Shown one piece after another: positions 12,134 to 25,655 of a stretch of DNA of 64,000 nt. The number at the start of each line of letters is the position of its first letter. Positions within the stretch are counted from its first letter, which is position 1. The stretch is from Squalus acanthias. Taxonomy: Eukaryota. The stretch covers positions 124,374,001 through 124,438,000 of the forward strand of contig CM059432.1 of the NCBI GenBank assembly GCA_030390025.1, given 5' to 3'. The position numbers and the translations under genes were made by a program. The notes below the pieces were generated by a model. That model was not told the DNA's origin. It saw nothing but the letters and a program-made list of their open reading frames with translations, and ran no database searches.

Positions 12134-13602
12134 AATAAGTTGAGAAGGCTGTTAATAAAGCATACAGAATCCTTGGCTTTATAAATAGAGGCATAGAGTA
12201 CAAGAGCAAGGAAGTTATGCTAAACTTTTATAAAACACTGGTTAGGCCTCAGCTGGAGTATTGTGGTCAATTCTGGGCACCACACTTTAGGAAGGATGTC
12301 AAGGCCTTGGAGAGGGTGCAGAAGAGATTTACTAGCATGGTACCAGGGATGAGGGACTTCAGTTATGTGGAGAGACTGGAGAAGCTGGGATTGTTCTCCT
12401 TAGAGCAGAAAAGTTAAGGGGAGAGTAAGTAGAGTTGTTCAAAATTATGAAGTATTTTGATATAGTAGATAGGGATAAAATTGTTTCCACTGGCAGGCGC
12501 ATTGATAACCAGAGGACACAGATTTAAAATAATTGGCAAAAGAGCCAGGGGGGAGGTGAGGAGAATTTTTTTTACACAGTGAGTTGTTATGATCTGAAAT
12601 GCACTGCCTGAAAAGGTGGTGGATGAAGATTCAATAGAAGCTTTCCAAAGGTAATTGAATATATACTTGAAAGGAAAAAAATTGCATGGCTATATGGAAA
12701 GAGCGGGGGAGTGGGACAATTGGATAGCTTTTTCAAAGAGCCGGCACAGGCACAATGGGCCGAATGGACTCCTTCTGTGCTGTTTTATTCTATGATCATC
12801 GTTTATTGAAAGGACCATCTATGGAGTGGAGTGATAAGAAATGAAAAACAGTGGAAAATAAAATGATCTTGAAGTGGGGAATTAATTATCCAGCAACAAA
12901 ATCTAACCATAAAAAATTATGTCCTAGATTGTTATGTCTGCAATAATCTTACCATTTGATTGCCACCAACAGTGAAATAATCCTTTTGCCAGTAACCCTA
13001 CTCTTAGCCTAATTATCCCCAAATCATGGTTTTTACTATAAATTAAATCCTGCAAAAACTAAAATATCAACTAAACTAATAATCAAATGGCAGATATGAC
13101 TAAAACAATTAAACTGTGCCTAATTTTTGCATACTACATTTTTGTGCACAATAAGGTGATCTTTCAGAATTCCCTAGATTCTAGAACGGTCCCAGCAGAT
13201 TGGAAGGTAGCGAATGTAACCCCGCTATTCAAGAAAGGAGGGAGAGAGAAAACCAGGAACTACAGGCCAGTTAGCCTGACATCAGTCATCGGGAAAATGC
13301 TGGAATCCATTATGAAGGAAGTGGTAACAGGGCACTTAGAAAATCATAACATGGTTTTATGAAAGGGAAATCGTGTTTGACAAATTTATTAGAGTTTTTT
13401 GAGGATGTAACTAGCAGGGTAGATAAAGGGGAACCAGTGGATATAGTATATTTGGATTTCCAAAAGGCATTCAATAAGGTGCCACATAAAAGGTTGTTAA
13501 GCAAGATAAGGGCACATGAGGTTGGGGGTAATGTATTAGAGGATTGGTTAACAGACAGAAAACAGAGAGTAGGAATAAACGGGTAATTTTCAGATTGGCG
13601 TG

Positions 13603-15622
13603 GTGCAGTCTACAGCCGGGACTTCCAGGCCCAGAGCTGGTCAAGGGTGTCCTGCAAGGCCATCTGAAGTCTCCCGCACGGACACTCAGCAGCCTTCCAC
13701 CCGCCGTGCTGCAGCCATTGGGCCAACACTTCGTAGGAGCACTAGAGTAGTCAAAGGCACTGTAACGAGGGGCAACAAAGGATTGCACAAGGGTGAATAG
13801 CTAATATTGTTCTTGTAAATATGTGTTCACTGATTATTGATAAATTTATTAATTGGCTTTGGATGATTTTGTGGTGTCTCTCATTTCAGCTTTGCGCTGT
13901 GATAGGCCTGCGATATGGATGGAATGTTGGGGAATGTGGTGAGCAATGGGGATCTGGGGTTTAATTTATTGGAACCACAGTCTGATGAGGCGGTCACGGA
14001 CCGCCCTTCCGGAAGGCCAATTGAGTGGCTGCCTCCTCCCTCACTCCTGTTCCTCGTCTTCCTCTTCCTCCTCGTCCTCCTCCTCCTCTCCCTCTTCCTC
14101 AACCTGAGGTGGTCCCACAATCCCTGGTAGCAAGGACTGGGCCCTCATAATGGCCAAGTTGTGGAGCATGCAGCAGACCACGACAAAATGGGACACCCGC
14201 TCAGCCGAGTACTGGAGGGCTCCTCCCGAGCAGTCAAGACAGCGGAACCATTGCTTGAGTACCCCGATGGTCTGCTCGATTATGTTCCTGGTGGCAGCAT
14301 AGCTCTCATTATATGAGTGCTGAGCAGGAGTGTTGGGTTTGCAATGGGGAGTCATGAGCCAGGTGGAGAGCGATAGCCCTTGTCTCCGACCAGCCAGCCG
14401 CAAGCTTGATGTGGTGGCTGGAAGAGTGCTGGCACACCGGTCTGGCGCAGGATGAAGGCATCGTGGCTGCTGCCAGGAAAGCGGGCATTCACATTGAGGA
14501 TTCGCTGCGTGTGATCGCACACCAACTGCACATTAAGCGAGTGGTAGCCTTTGCAGTTATGGAAGATCTCAGGATTGTTATGCGGTGCCTGCAAAGCCAC
14601 GTGGGTGCAGTCAATGGCGCCCTGCACCATGGGGAAGCCCGCTATCCTGGCAAAGCCACATGTACGTTTGTCCTGCTTCTCTCTTGTGATGGGGAAGGAA
14701 ATGTAATCCCTTCTCCTACTGTAGAGAGCCTCTGTGACCTCCCAAATGCAGCGATGGACGGCGAACTACGAGATGTTAGCTATATCTCCTGTTGCAAACT
14801 GGAAGGATCCACTGGTGAAGAAATTGAGGGCGACGGTGACCTTGACTACGACTGAGAGAGTCGTGGTCACCCTGATCTGAGGCTCGAGGTCTGGTTGCAG
14901 GAGGTGGCAGAGTTCTGTGACCACCTCCTTGCTGAAGCAGAGCCTTCTAATACACTGCTCATCGCTTAATTGGAGGTAGGAGAAGTGCTGTCGTAAAACC
15001 CTCGGAGGGTAAGGCCTCCTGTTGAGAGCCTGATGGCCCTCCTCCGCCCTCTGGCCACATTTTCCAATCTTTCTCGCTGCCTCCGCTCCCTCCGCAGTAG
15101 ATCCTGGAGGGTGAGGGCGACTGCCAGTACAGCCCCCATTAATGTAACTAAGTGTAACACTTTGATATCTTGTCAGAATACATGTCACTAATTTTGAGTA
15201 GCCACAACACTCCTGAAAGTAAAAAACCTTTAAATGACTCAATTAAACTGTTGCACAATCTCAAACTGACAAGGAAGTACTAACCTGAAAGCTGCGACTG
15301 ATCCCTTTAAATATCGCCCCTGGAGCCACTATCTGCCTACTTGAAGCCTCCTCTCCCTGTCGTTGTTGGGGCGAGGAGCTAAGGCAGGGGGCGATAATCA
15401 ATTTGGCAGATCGGGCGCTCAGTGAGCATTGCACGCTCACTGACATCACGATCTGCCTGGCGCTAAAGCCCCAGGCGCTAACTGTTAGCAGCAGCGCTAA
15501 GGGGCAACTGGATTTGGCGTGCGGCGCTGGATTCGGCTCGCCCCGGCGCTTCTGCATTAGCGCCCCATTAGCGCCCCCACCAAGCGCTAACGGGAGGCGC
15601 TATCCAACTAAATTTCTCCCCC
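13603..15622 (-). mobile_element. PIF/Harbinger transposon, one end missing
   Basis: TIR AAATTTCTCCCCC at ~15610-15622; whole degenerate transposase; 3' tip of the convergent Myb gene at 13603-13800. Confidence 0.9.
13970..15139 (-). pseudogene. Harbinger (HARBI1-like) DDE transposase, frameshifted
   Basis: GAIDCTH, SLNVQLVCD, PGSSHDAFIL, LVGDKGY, RNIIEQTIGVLK, CCMLHNLA and an acidic tail, spread over several frames. Confidence 0.92.
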
Positions 15623-16399
15623 AGAGAGTTAGCATGCAGGTACAGCAAGCAATTAGGAAGGCGAATGGCATGTTGGCCTTTATTGCTAAAGGGTTGGAGT
15701 ACAAGAGTAAGGAAATCTTGCGATAATTGTATAGGGCTCTGGTGAGACCACACCTGGAGTACTGTGCACAGTTTTGGTCTCCTTATTTAAGGAAGGATAC
15801 ACTTACCGTAGAGGCGGTGCAACAAAGGTTCACTAGATTGATCCCTGGGTTGAGTGGGTTGTCCTATGAGGAGAGATTGAGTAGATTGTGCTTATACTCT
15901 CTGGAGTTTAGAAGAATGAGAGGTGCTCTCATTGAAACACATAAGATTCTGAAGGGGATTGACAGGGTAGATGCTGAAAGATTGTTTCCCCTGGCTGGAG
16001 TGTCTAGAACCAGGGGTCACAGTCTCAGAATAAGGGGTCGGCTGTTTAAGACTGAGATGAGGAGGAATTTCCTCACTCAGAGGGTTGTGAATCTGTGGAA
16101 TTCTCTACCCCAAAAGTGCTGTGGATGCTCAGTTATTGAGTATATTCAAAGACTTATCTTCTTAAGGCATATTCAAAATAGTATTTAATTCTCCCACTCT
16201 GCTAGGCAAATGTCCAGTCACAAAGTGTCACATATATTTTATAATATATGAAACTGTTGTGACTTGGGGAACTATTGGTAGTCGTTAATATTCACCATGC
16301 TGCAAGAACTGATAAGTTTTATAATTTTTTTCAGCAATTTGCTTCTTTTAAACAAATTGCAGTGAATATATCACATGTATAGCTAAATTAAAGACATCA

Positions 16400-16539
16400 G
16401 TCCATAAATTCCACAGGGGGTTTTCCTGCCAATCCCCCACTACAGTTACGACTGGAGACGGGTTTCCGCCAGTTTTTGGGAGTTCTGCTCAGCTCCCACC
16501 ACAGTTACGACAGGGAGAATCCCTGCAGAATTTCAGGGT
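16400..16539. mobile_element. Short degenerate hairpin MITE
   Basis: Imperfect inverted termini (AAATTCCACAGG / CCTGCAGAATTT); similar to 11465-11622, 46566-46719, 58345-58508. Confidence 0.45.
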
Positions 16540-16546
16540 GATCATT

Positions 16547-16900
16547 GGCACTCCAATGGCGCTGTGAGTTAGTCCAATAAGCAGCTGAGCTACACAGACC
16601 AGGGAAATCTCAGGTTCAATCCCTAGTCTGTGCTGAGTAAACTGGAGCAGCAGTGAAAGAGTACAACTGGCATCAGTGTCCATAGGTTAAGGAGGGGAAA
16701 TTTTGTTCCTGCTCCTGATCACTAGCTGTGTTGGTATTGTGCTTATGTGGATATTGAGTGACAATAGGATCAGACTCAGGTATCATGCCTCCCAAAAGCA
16801 GGTAGCCTGCTGACACTCACATCAATAATTGCTACTGGGTTAGGTACCAGAGGTAGCCAGCAACCATGGAACCGTAGCTTAGCAACTAGAGAAAATTGGT
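16547..16900 (+). mobile_element. Old tRNA-derived SINE
   Basis: B-box-like GGTTCAATCCC followed by GTCTGTGCTGAGT; related copies at 26060-26360 and 49690-50350. Confidence 0.55.
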
Positions 16901-17166
16901 CAGGGTAAAAACAATAAGACATCAAATGCGACAAACCAAAACTTGCTTTATCCAACTACTTTACAAATTATCTGGCATAAAGTAAGCTAGCTATTATGCT
17001 CATACAACAATGGCCAGAGGAATGCAGGAATTATGCCAGCAAGTAAAAATATATGAAAAGGGGCCAATCCATACCACCTGCTCCACATTTTTCAAATTTT
17101 ATTTTGAAATAGTCACCAGTTTTCTGTCGTTGAGGAAAAAAGTGAATCATCACTAAGAAAGATAAT

Positions 17167-17939
17167 GGTCCGGATTTTGCAGTCCGCAGTGAAGTAGCAG
17201 CACTCGGGTCTGACCTCAAAGAAAGTTGCCCACAAACTTTTAGCGGTCTCTGTGGCGTGGATTTCACCTTTCCCGATGTTAACTTTATTCTGGCACCATC
17301 TATAGGGGATCTCTGGTGTCCAGCAACAGTGATGTCATCAAGCAGGCTAAGCAGCCAATCATATTGAAGAATTCTCACAGACAGCAAACCAGGAAGTAAC
17401 AAGCAGGTTTTATCAATCACTTTTTATAATTTTACAGAAAGCAAAATAAAGATTGGGACATACACATGAGATTAAGGTAGAAGCTGAAATATAATAAACA
17501 AACTTTACAAAAAAAAATTTTTTATTATTTTAAAAATCTATGGAATTTTTAACATGGAATGGAGAAAATTGACATTTCACAACTATAAATTTAGTTTTTC
17601 AGGGCTAGAGAGTTTGTTCAGCAGTAATTATGACTTAGTACGCTGTTAAAAACTCAGTTACACCTCATCAACAAGGCTTAACTTTTTATGGGTTTTTACA
17701 GTGAGAATAGAGCATAAAAAGTGAAAGTTCACGTCAAATCAAGTGATTTCTAATTGATTCCATCTGCAAGGACTGCAACAGAACACCCTGTGAAGGAGCA
17801 GGGTATCACTGACAGCAACGTCAGGGTTTCCGCATTTAAATGCGCATGTACTGATTCCAGAAATTGTTGTCCTTTTGTACAGAGCAATGACGGCGAACGT
17901 TGACAGTTTTGCCGTCATTACAACCGCAAATTCCGGGCC
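17167..17939. mobile_element. Harbinger-type MITE with AT-rich interior
   Basis: TIRs GGTCCGGATTTTGC / GCAAATTCCGGGCC; TSD AAT. Confidence 0.82.
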
Positions 17940-19089
17940 AATGAATCTGATTTTTTATTTTACACAGTATTGACTGACAGCTAACTTTACTCCTGATTAT
18001 TTTCATAGAAAAATTATAAACAGTATTTCAAGTAGAGCTCTGGGATGCGGCATCATAGGAAGGAATAGGGTCAGCCTTTTCAAGAGTACATCAGCCATAG
18101 TGGTGTGTGATGTGACGCCAACAATCCTGCCAGGCTGGTCATCCAAGCATTCCAGAAAGGTCTGTTAACACCATCCCTAATCTGTATAGAGATGGTCAGG
18201 TGATTAAATACGAATGGCAAAGGCAATCTACTTAGCTAGTCTACTTAGTCAGACTTCAACACAAGGATGTAACATCATTTGCATCTAATAGATATCAGTG
18301 TAAACAATATTAAAAGGAATTTTAGTGCCCTAAGCCCTCAGCAGCTCCTGCTATTTCAAAGTACATGTCTGTAAAGGGAGAGGATAAGTCCTGATCCTAG
18401 TGGATGATGTGCCCTTCATACTTCTAAATAAATCCAACACAGATCTCGATTTGTCGCGATCTAGCCCTAGGGAGCAGTGCTAACTCTGAATTCTAGCTCC
18501 AGGTTTCTCTTCTGCCAGCCGTGTTTTTGTCCTGTGCTAGTGTTGTGTTGTTAAGTTAAATGCTGCTCTCAAAGAGTCAGATTCACAGGACAGCCACAGA
18601 CTGGGGATCTGGACCAGAAGAAGTCAGGTGAAGTGTCTATCTGCATTGGAACAATGGCAGTTCATTAGAAAGTACCTCAGGAAGCATTCACACATTAAAG
18701 TTTGGAATGTCCTTATCTTTTTGGGCTCTTCAAGAGGTAATTTCAAGAAGTTCGCCTCTAGTGGGACAGTAACAAAGTTCATTAGCAGTTCTACTGGCCA
18801 ACCAGTCAGGGGGATCACACTGCAACCCTCCTGTCCAGGGACAGGACAAAGGAATCAAGCAAACACATGTTTCAGATCAGTTCCAACAAAGGCTGTTGCG
18901 TGAGGCAGGGAGTAGGCAAGCTTTCCTTAACAAGCAAACTGCCCTAAGCTCAGAGAGCTGCCCAAGTTTCAGAGATAACTCACAGGGTCCAGGTGGCAGA
19001 TTATTATTTTTATTTTGGTACAAGGAAGGATATAGAATGAAGTCACATTGTGGTGGGAATTACATCAAATGTTTTCGTATTCACTCAAT

Positions 19090-19545
19090 AACTGCAAAAT
19101 AAATTATATTGACCCGGATTTTGCAGTCGGTATGGTGGCGTACTCCTATAGAGTCCTCTTTGCTGTTTGCCAAATCTCCTACTTTGCTGTCAGCAGCAAA
19201 TTTCAATAATGTGCTCCCTATGCCCAAGCCTAAATCATTTATATACACCAAGAACAAAAGTGCACCGAGCACTGCCCCCTGTGGTTCACCACTTCCAATC
19301 CTTCACCAATCTGAGCAACCCCCATTAACCCTAACCCTTTGTTCTCTGTATCCATGCTGCTACATTATCTCTTATATCTTTTGCCTCGATTGTTGTAACA
19401 AACCTCCCATGAGACCCCTAATCAAACAACATATCTACTATATTTCCTTTATCTAGCCAATCAATCACATCTTCAAAAAACTGTATTAAATACGTCAAAC
19501 ATGACTTTCCTTTAACAAATCCATGCTGACTGGCCTTGATTAATT
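19090..19545 (-). mobile_element. Old CR1 RT fragment
   Basis: QHGFVKGKS...PQGAVLGALLFLVYINDL...KFAADSK. Confidence 0.75.
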
Positions 19546-19850
19546 CAGTCTTCAGTGCTTAGTCCAATTCTAGTTATTTTAGTAGTCTTTGCAATAGAAG
19601 GTATAGGAGTTTACATCTATATGTAGAAGGGTGCTTCTGTAAAACCAGAAAGTGTGTCTCCAACAGAGATAGAAAGGTTACAGAAGTTAAGATTGTACTG
19701 CTCTACCAGCCAGATATAAGAAGATAAAAGTGTGTCACCTAGATGTACACATTTCCCCAAGATCAAGGAAGGTAAGATTTAAGTCGGCTAGTCCAGATAC
19801 AGCTATCACAGTGGAAGATGAATTTAACCAGGAGCAGAGTATCCACGATT

Positions 19851-22790
19851 AATACTGTCCCTCAGAATTTTTTTCAATAATTTGCCCACCATCTAGGTTA
19901 GGCTGACTGGCCTGTAATTACTCGATCTATCCATTTCTCCCTTTTTAAACCATGGTACAATGTTAGCAGTCCTCCATCACCACGCCTGTTGCCAGAGAGG
20001 ATTGGAAAATGATGGTCAGAGCCCCCATTATTTCCTCTCTTGCTTCTCTTAACAGCCTGGGATACATTTCATCCATTTCATCTGGGCCTGGCGAATTATC
20101 TACTTTCAAAGATATTAAACCCCTTAATATTTCCTCTCTCACTATCTTTATCTCATCTAATATTTCACACTCCTCCTCTTTAACTACAATGTCTGCATCG
20201 TACCTCTCTTTTGTGAAGACAAACGCAGAGTATTCATTAAGAACCATACACACGTCTTCCACCTCCACACACAGGTTACCTCTTTGGTCTCTAATAGTGT
20301 AAGATTCTCAAAATTCACAGATCCCCCCAAAACTCGGAGAAAAACCCTAAAGAAAAAGACTTTGGACTCTTTTCTAACCACTTCAGGGTGATAAAAATAT
20401 TGGGCCTAACAGAGGGAGATTCAGAGCAAAAACCAAGATTTCGTATTTTTAAAAGGCATGTTTGGGCTTGTAAAGGAAAAAGGCTGCAACAGGAGTTGGG
20501 TTCAACCTCTGTAAAAGACAGTTTGGGTATTGGAGTTAATCAAACAGTCTGGGGAACCGCATGACCTCACTTGGAGTTAATCGGCACCTATCAGACATTA
20601 ACATCCTAACAATAGACCCGAGGAAGAGCAGTCCCCACCCAAATTACAGGACCCATCAAAACCATGCATAAAACAGATCACTTTGACCCACTCTATAGAA
20701 ATCTCAGGCCCAGTCAGGAAACTCGAAACCTGAGCACAATTGACTACAATCAAGAAACAGCTCAACAGCTCATAGAACCATCCCGAAACCACTTCACACT
20801 TTCGTGAACAATTGAAGGCCTGTTTTCTTAAGTTCAAGAGTGGAGCAGTTACACAGTTACAACAATCAGGAGTTCATCGAGTTCAGCAGTTACGAAGTTC
20901 AGCAGCTCTAGAAGCAGGTCGACACACAAGAAGAGATCAGAGCAACAGTTCCAGTGACCATTAGACACCTCGCGGCGACAAGGGCCTTATGAAACAACCA
21001 ACCGAATATTACCACCAACCAACCGGGTAATATTGGGCCACCGCAACCAAAGAAAACCAACTCGGGAGAAAACCGAAGATTCGCAAGTTTTCCACTCTGC
21101 AATCTATTCCTGACTTACCCCTGGGTAAGATTTTTACTTAAAGACTTTAAACCCTAACTCTAACCGAAGAAAAGTGGGTACGCACCCGATAAATCCAATA
21201 CGCACCCTACCGCATCAGCGGACTCGCGAAGACTGACCAGATACGCAGTTGAAGTCCTCTATCGCGTCCGGGGTACGGCAGGCACCAACCAACACATCCA
21301 GCGAACCCCGAAACCGCGAACCAGCTCAACTGTCAAGGAGTCATTTTGGTGAGCATTATCCCTAGTCCTCTAGAGCCCAACTTAGCTAGTAAAGTGGGAT
21401 TGGGAGGGGTGAGGTATTTTTCTGCTGTAATTTCCCTCGTGTGTATCGAAGTGTTCCCCATTTTATTAGAGTGTTAAGATTATTGTGTTATATTTTCTCT
21501 CTTGAATAAAGATCAAAGTTTCTTGCACCAAAACCAGTTGTCTGCTGCACTTTTTGTCACAACCCCCAAATAAGTCCAAGGTCTAGAACCAAGGGAGTGG
21601 GAGCGATTCAAACCGCTCAGAAGTCAGAGGTGAAGCTGACACACACCACCACCCCCTACAATAGGCCCTGCTCTTTCCTTAGGTATCCTTTTGCTCTTTA
21701 TGTATTTATAAAACATCTTTGGGTTTTCCTTGATTTTACTTGCCAATATTTTTTGAGTCCCTCTCTTTGCTTTCCTAATTTCCTTTTTAATTTCAGACCT
21801 GCACTTTCTAAACTCCTCTAGGCTTTCTGCAGTATTGAGCTCTCGGTTTCTGACAAAAGATTCCCTTTTTTTCCTTATCCTACCCTGTATACTCCATGAC
21901 ATCCAGGGGGCTCTAGATTTGGGAGTCCCACCCTTTTTCTTTGTGGGAACATATTTGCTCTGAACCCTCACTATCTCCGCCTTGAATGCCTCCCATTGCT
22001 CTGACACTGATTTACCTTCAAGTAGCTGTTTCCAGTCCACTTTTGCTAAATCACATCTCAGCTTAGTAAAATTGGCCTTTCCCCAATTGAGAACTTTTAC
22101 TCCTGGTCTATCTTTGTCCTTGTCCATAACTACACTAAATCTAACTGAATTATGATCACTACCACCAAAATGCTCTCCCACTGATACCCCTTCCACCTGC
22201 CCAGCTTCATTCCCTAAAACTAAGTTCAGAATTTTCCCCTCTCTTGTTGGGCTTGCTATGTACTGGCAAACAAAGTTCTCTTAAATGCATTTTAAGAATT
22301 CTGCGTCCTCTATACCTTTTACACTGATTCTATCCCAGTTAATATTAGGGTAGTTGAAATCCCCTATTACTGCCCTATTGTTCTTGCACTTCTCAGAAAT
22401 TTGCTTACATATTTGCTCTTCTATCTCCCTTTGACTATTTGGGGGTCTATAGTACACTCCCAGCAGTGTGATTGCCCCTTTTCTGTTCTTCATTTCAACC
22501 CATGTGGCCTCATTTGATGATCCTTCTAATATATCATCCCTCCTCACAGGTGTAATTGTTCCTTTAACCAATATTGCGACTCCCCTCCTTTTTTATCCTC
22601 CTCTCTATCTCATCTGAAAACCCTGCAACCAGAAATGTTGAGCTGCCATTCCTGCCCTACTTTAAGCCATGTTTCAGTAATAGCTATGATATCATACTTC
22701 CACGTGTCTATCTGTGCCCTCAGCTCATCTGCTTTATTCACTAGACTCCTTGCATTGAAGTATATACCAATAAGCACTGCCAGACCCCTT
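19851..22790 (-). mobile_element. CR1 ORF2 (endonuclease to RT start), split by a solo LTR
   Basis: YFNARSLVNK...IAITETW, GVYYRPP, GDFNYP, SDHN; RAGPI|RDQ rejoins across the LTR; NSPGPDEM. Confidence 0.9.
20298..21660 (+). mobile_element. Solo LTR, 1363 bp (Gypsy- or ERV-type)
   Basis: TGTA...TACA termini; 4-bp TSD ATAG; AATAAA near 21505; second copy at 61506-62993. Confidence 0.9.
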
Positions 22791-23059
22791 TGATAACTGC
22801 AAGAAAGAGTTAATTAAATCACTCAGTAGCTTGTATGGATTCTGATGGGAGGTTGGCAGTGTAAATGTTAATTATAATCCAAACTGGTTGAAGTAAGACA
22901 GTTTGTCGAGTCAAATTTAGACATCATTAATCCGAGACATCAACTGGGTGGTAAACTCCACATCGTTCCTTAACAAGGAGTACAGGTGAAGGGTTAAAGG
23001 TTCGCCTGGTGCCTGTGATGAATAATCTGGTCAGGGTATCGAACCCCGTGTTCTTACAC

Positions 23060-24430
23060 TACCTTTTGCATATCTAAGATGGATTACAAATTATATGGTG
23101 GTTACAGCCTCTGCTATTTTCAATTTGATTTCCTTCAGCAGATCCACCATGTAACTTATACACCCTGAGTTCGGCTATTTTTTTTTCAGAGCCAAATCTC
23201 TTTCTAAAAATTGTTCCACATTCTTCTTTAGTACATATACATTCTCACTTCCACCATAGTTTTTACAAACTGACAGAATATTTATTTAATATCTCGGCTA
23301 TAACTTCATCTTCCACAACGAGATTCCCCCCCACCCCCCCTTCATTCCTGAGTGGTGCTACACTCTCCTGAGCTATTCCTTCACTGTTAATACGTTTATA
23401 ATGTTAGAGATTAAGATCGAGAAATAGTAAGGAAATCTATTTTACATGAAAGAATTGCTTATATTCTTGTATTATATTCCATTTTTAGATCAGTTCTGCA
23501 GTTGAAAGGACTAAAGTTGAAATACTGTAAAAATGGCTGACAGTGTATTTGTACGAAGTTTGATGACAGCATTCTTTAAGATCAGCTAGCAGATGTTTAC
23601 AGTTAGATTCACTTTATCACCCCCAACTCGAGACTCAGTTCTCTGTTTATGCCTTGCCAACCCAAACATCAATGTTTTCTGTGCAACTTTGGGACTATAA
23701 TATTTAGCAGGCCTCGGACATCTTGATAGGGACTGGTTCCGAAAGTGGGTAAAGGACTATGGATGCAAAAACCTAAAAATTAGTGCCGCTTAGAAACAGT
23801 ATAAATGAGGTGAAATCATAACAACAAGGGGAAAATATCAGAAGTAGTAAGTAAGTAGTAGTAAGTACTGGCTGTAACGGACTATTCTTCGGCGACGGCA
23901 TCTTACGTAACCTTGATGTTGGCCATGAGTATATGTAACATTTAACTTTAATAAACTCAAAGCGTTTTTGACTATGTGTTTGAACTCATTATTAATACAG
24001 GCACAGGACTGCTGCCTTTGTCTATATACTAAAACAGATACACTTTTCTAACAATAGACCCTTACTATTTCCTTTTATATTATCTGTTAGACATTTTTTG
24101 TATTCCACTTTAGCCTTTATAACCTCCTTTTTTCACCTCACCATTACATTTTCTATATTCCTCATGATTTTGTTTAGTATTGCTCGTCCTAGTTTTTCCA
24201 TATGCCTCCTTTTTAAGTTTTAGTTTAGTTTTAATCTATTTATCCTTGAAATCATCTTTGATAGACCCCCCCCCCACCCCCCCCCCCACATTTGTTTTAT
24301 AGAAGTATGTCTTATTTTGTGCACTAACCATCTTATAAATTCAGCTCTGCTTATCCAGCATTCTATTCGCTAACTTTTCCACCCAGTTAACTGGGGATAG
24401 ATCCCTTCTCCTCAAACAAGACAATGACAC
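23060..24430 (-). mobile_element. Highly degenerate CR1 ORF2 fragment hosting a solo LTR
   Basis: Minus-strand remnants IAEILNKYS and NIKGNSKG; target sequence rejoins across 23402-24053. Confidence 0.55.
23402..24053 (+). mobile_element. Solo LTR, 652 bp, second family
   Basis: 7-bp inverted termini TGTTAGA...TCTAACA; TSD ATAA/ATAG; TATAAA near 23800 and AATAAA at 23950 in U3-R order. Confidence 0.8.
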
Positions 24431-24931
24431 TTTGGCCATGTTTTTAAATCTGAATAAAGCATTGGTGTAGATATTAAGGTATGGTTTATGAATATATAAC
24501 TTTAGATTCCCCATCTTCTAAATAGTGGTCGTAGGCCATTGAACTACTTTCTTGCAAAACGTTTTGACATAAAGATAATACAGGGTAAATTGCTTGCTCC
24601 TAGCGTAGAATATGTATCAGACAATTGCACACGTGCATCCCATAGTCTTCCGTCCATTAATTGTCGTGGATGGAAAATCACAGGGTGCACTTGCCCATTA
24701 TGCACTCCTGCCAGGTGAGGCTCCACATTATAAGAAAATTTATCTTTATGACACGTGAAATTTAATATGTCAGTGGAATGTAAATTACACGAACTTAAAT
24801 TAGATCTGGCGTAAAAATGTTGAATAGTGAATGACATACTATAATGCAAAATGTTAAAAGAAAAACCTTCTTTGTGGTCTCTGGTCATGTTCGATAGCTG
24901 AAACCAACTAGCAAGGAAACATGGACCTGAC

Positions 24932-25655
24932 GCCCCAGAATTTCCTGGATCGCACTTAAGCCAAAATTTATGCCGGTTTCCACGCTGAACTTGCCAATGG
25001 GAACTTACGACAACATTTTCTGTGGAGGCCGGAACGAAGCAATCAATGTAAAACAAGCACAATGGCCAGTACCACCAATAGGGGGAATAGCGAGTGGTCT
25101 GCCTCTTGCCTCTGCTGTTTCTCTTCATTTTAGATTATTATGCAGAACAAGGGTAAGCCCATTGGAATAGCCATCTAGCTGCTTAGTCCTTCTGAACATG
25201 TGAAGGGTGGGGGAGGTCCAAAAAATGTCAGATCCACTGAGACTGACACTTTGGTTAAGTATAGTGCAGGTCTCAGTAAGAAAAATCTTTCAAAGACCGC
25301 AAAGAAAAATCGCTATCATACTCCAGAAAGCTCAGTTACACCAATATTGTGTGACTTTGGGCTATGCGGCGCCTAAATCTTTGGGCATGAATCTACACTG
25401 GTGCATTACTGGCATAAATGCAGGAAATTCACATGAGCTGGTCTTTTGCATGGGAGCGGGGCTATGTAAGTGGGCAGCACAGGCTTTCAGTGGACGTATT
25501 TTGGATGAAGCACAGGTGATCGAGGAAATCTGTGCGTACCGATGTTTCGACATAAAACCGGTGTAACTCAGTTATACCTGAATTCCCTCAGATAAATGGC
25601 ACCACGTCACTTTTATGTTGTAGCTACGCCAAAAGAATGCAGGAAATTCTGGGTC
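24932..25655. mobile_element. Harbinger-type MITE
   Basis: TIRs GCCCCAGAATTTCCTG / CAGGAAATTCTGGGTC; flanks GAC/AAC. Confidence 0.7.

Larger units (their letters stand above)
8926..12795 (+). mobile_element. CR1 3' fragment split by two Harbinger derivatives (pieces 8926-9004, 10739-10777, 12134-12795)
   Basis: Colinear: FGMKNEERQYKLNG...QRDL / GVCLH / VEKAVNKAYRILGFINRGIEYKSKEVMLNFYKTLVRPQLEYC; tail TTCTATGAT. Confidence 0.85.
13152..16150 (+). mobile_element. CR1 RT fragment interrupted by a Harbinger element (pieces 13152-13602, 15623-16150)
   Basis: PADWKVANVTPLFKKG...NYRPVSLTS...DFQKAF; resumes at VSMQVQQAIRKANGML...WNSLP. Confidence 0.88.

Noticed and set aside
13970..15139. Host HARBI1 gene
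   Set aside because: Multiple frameshifted copies with TIRs, nested in other repeats; these are transposons.
24544..25128. 194-aa ORF
   Set aside because: Crosses a MITE boundary; no recognisable domain.
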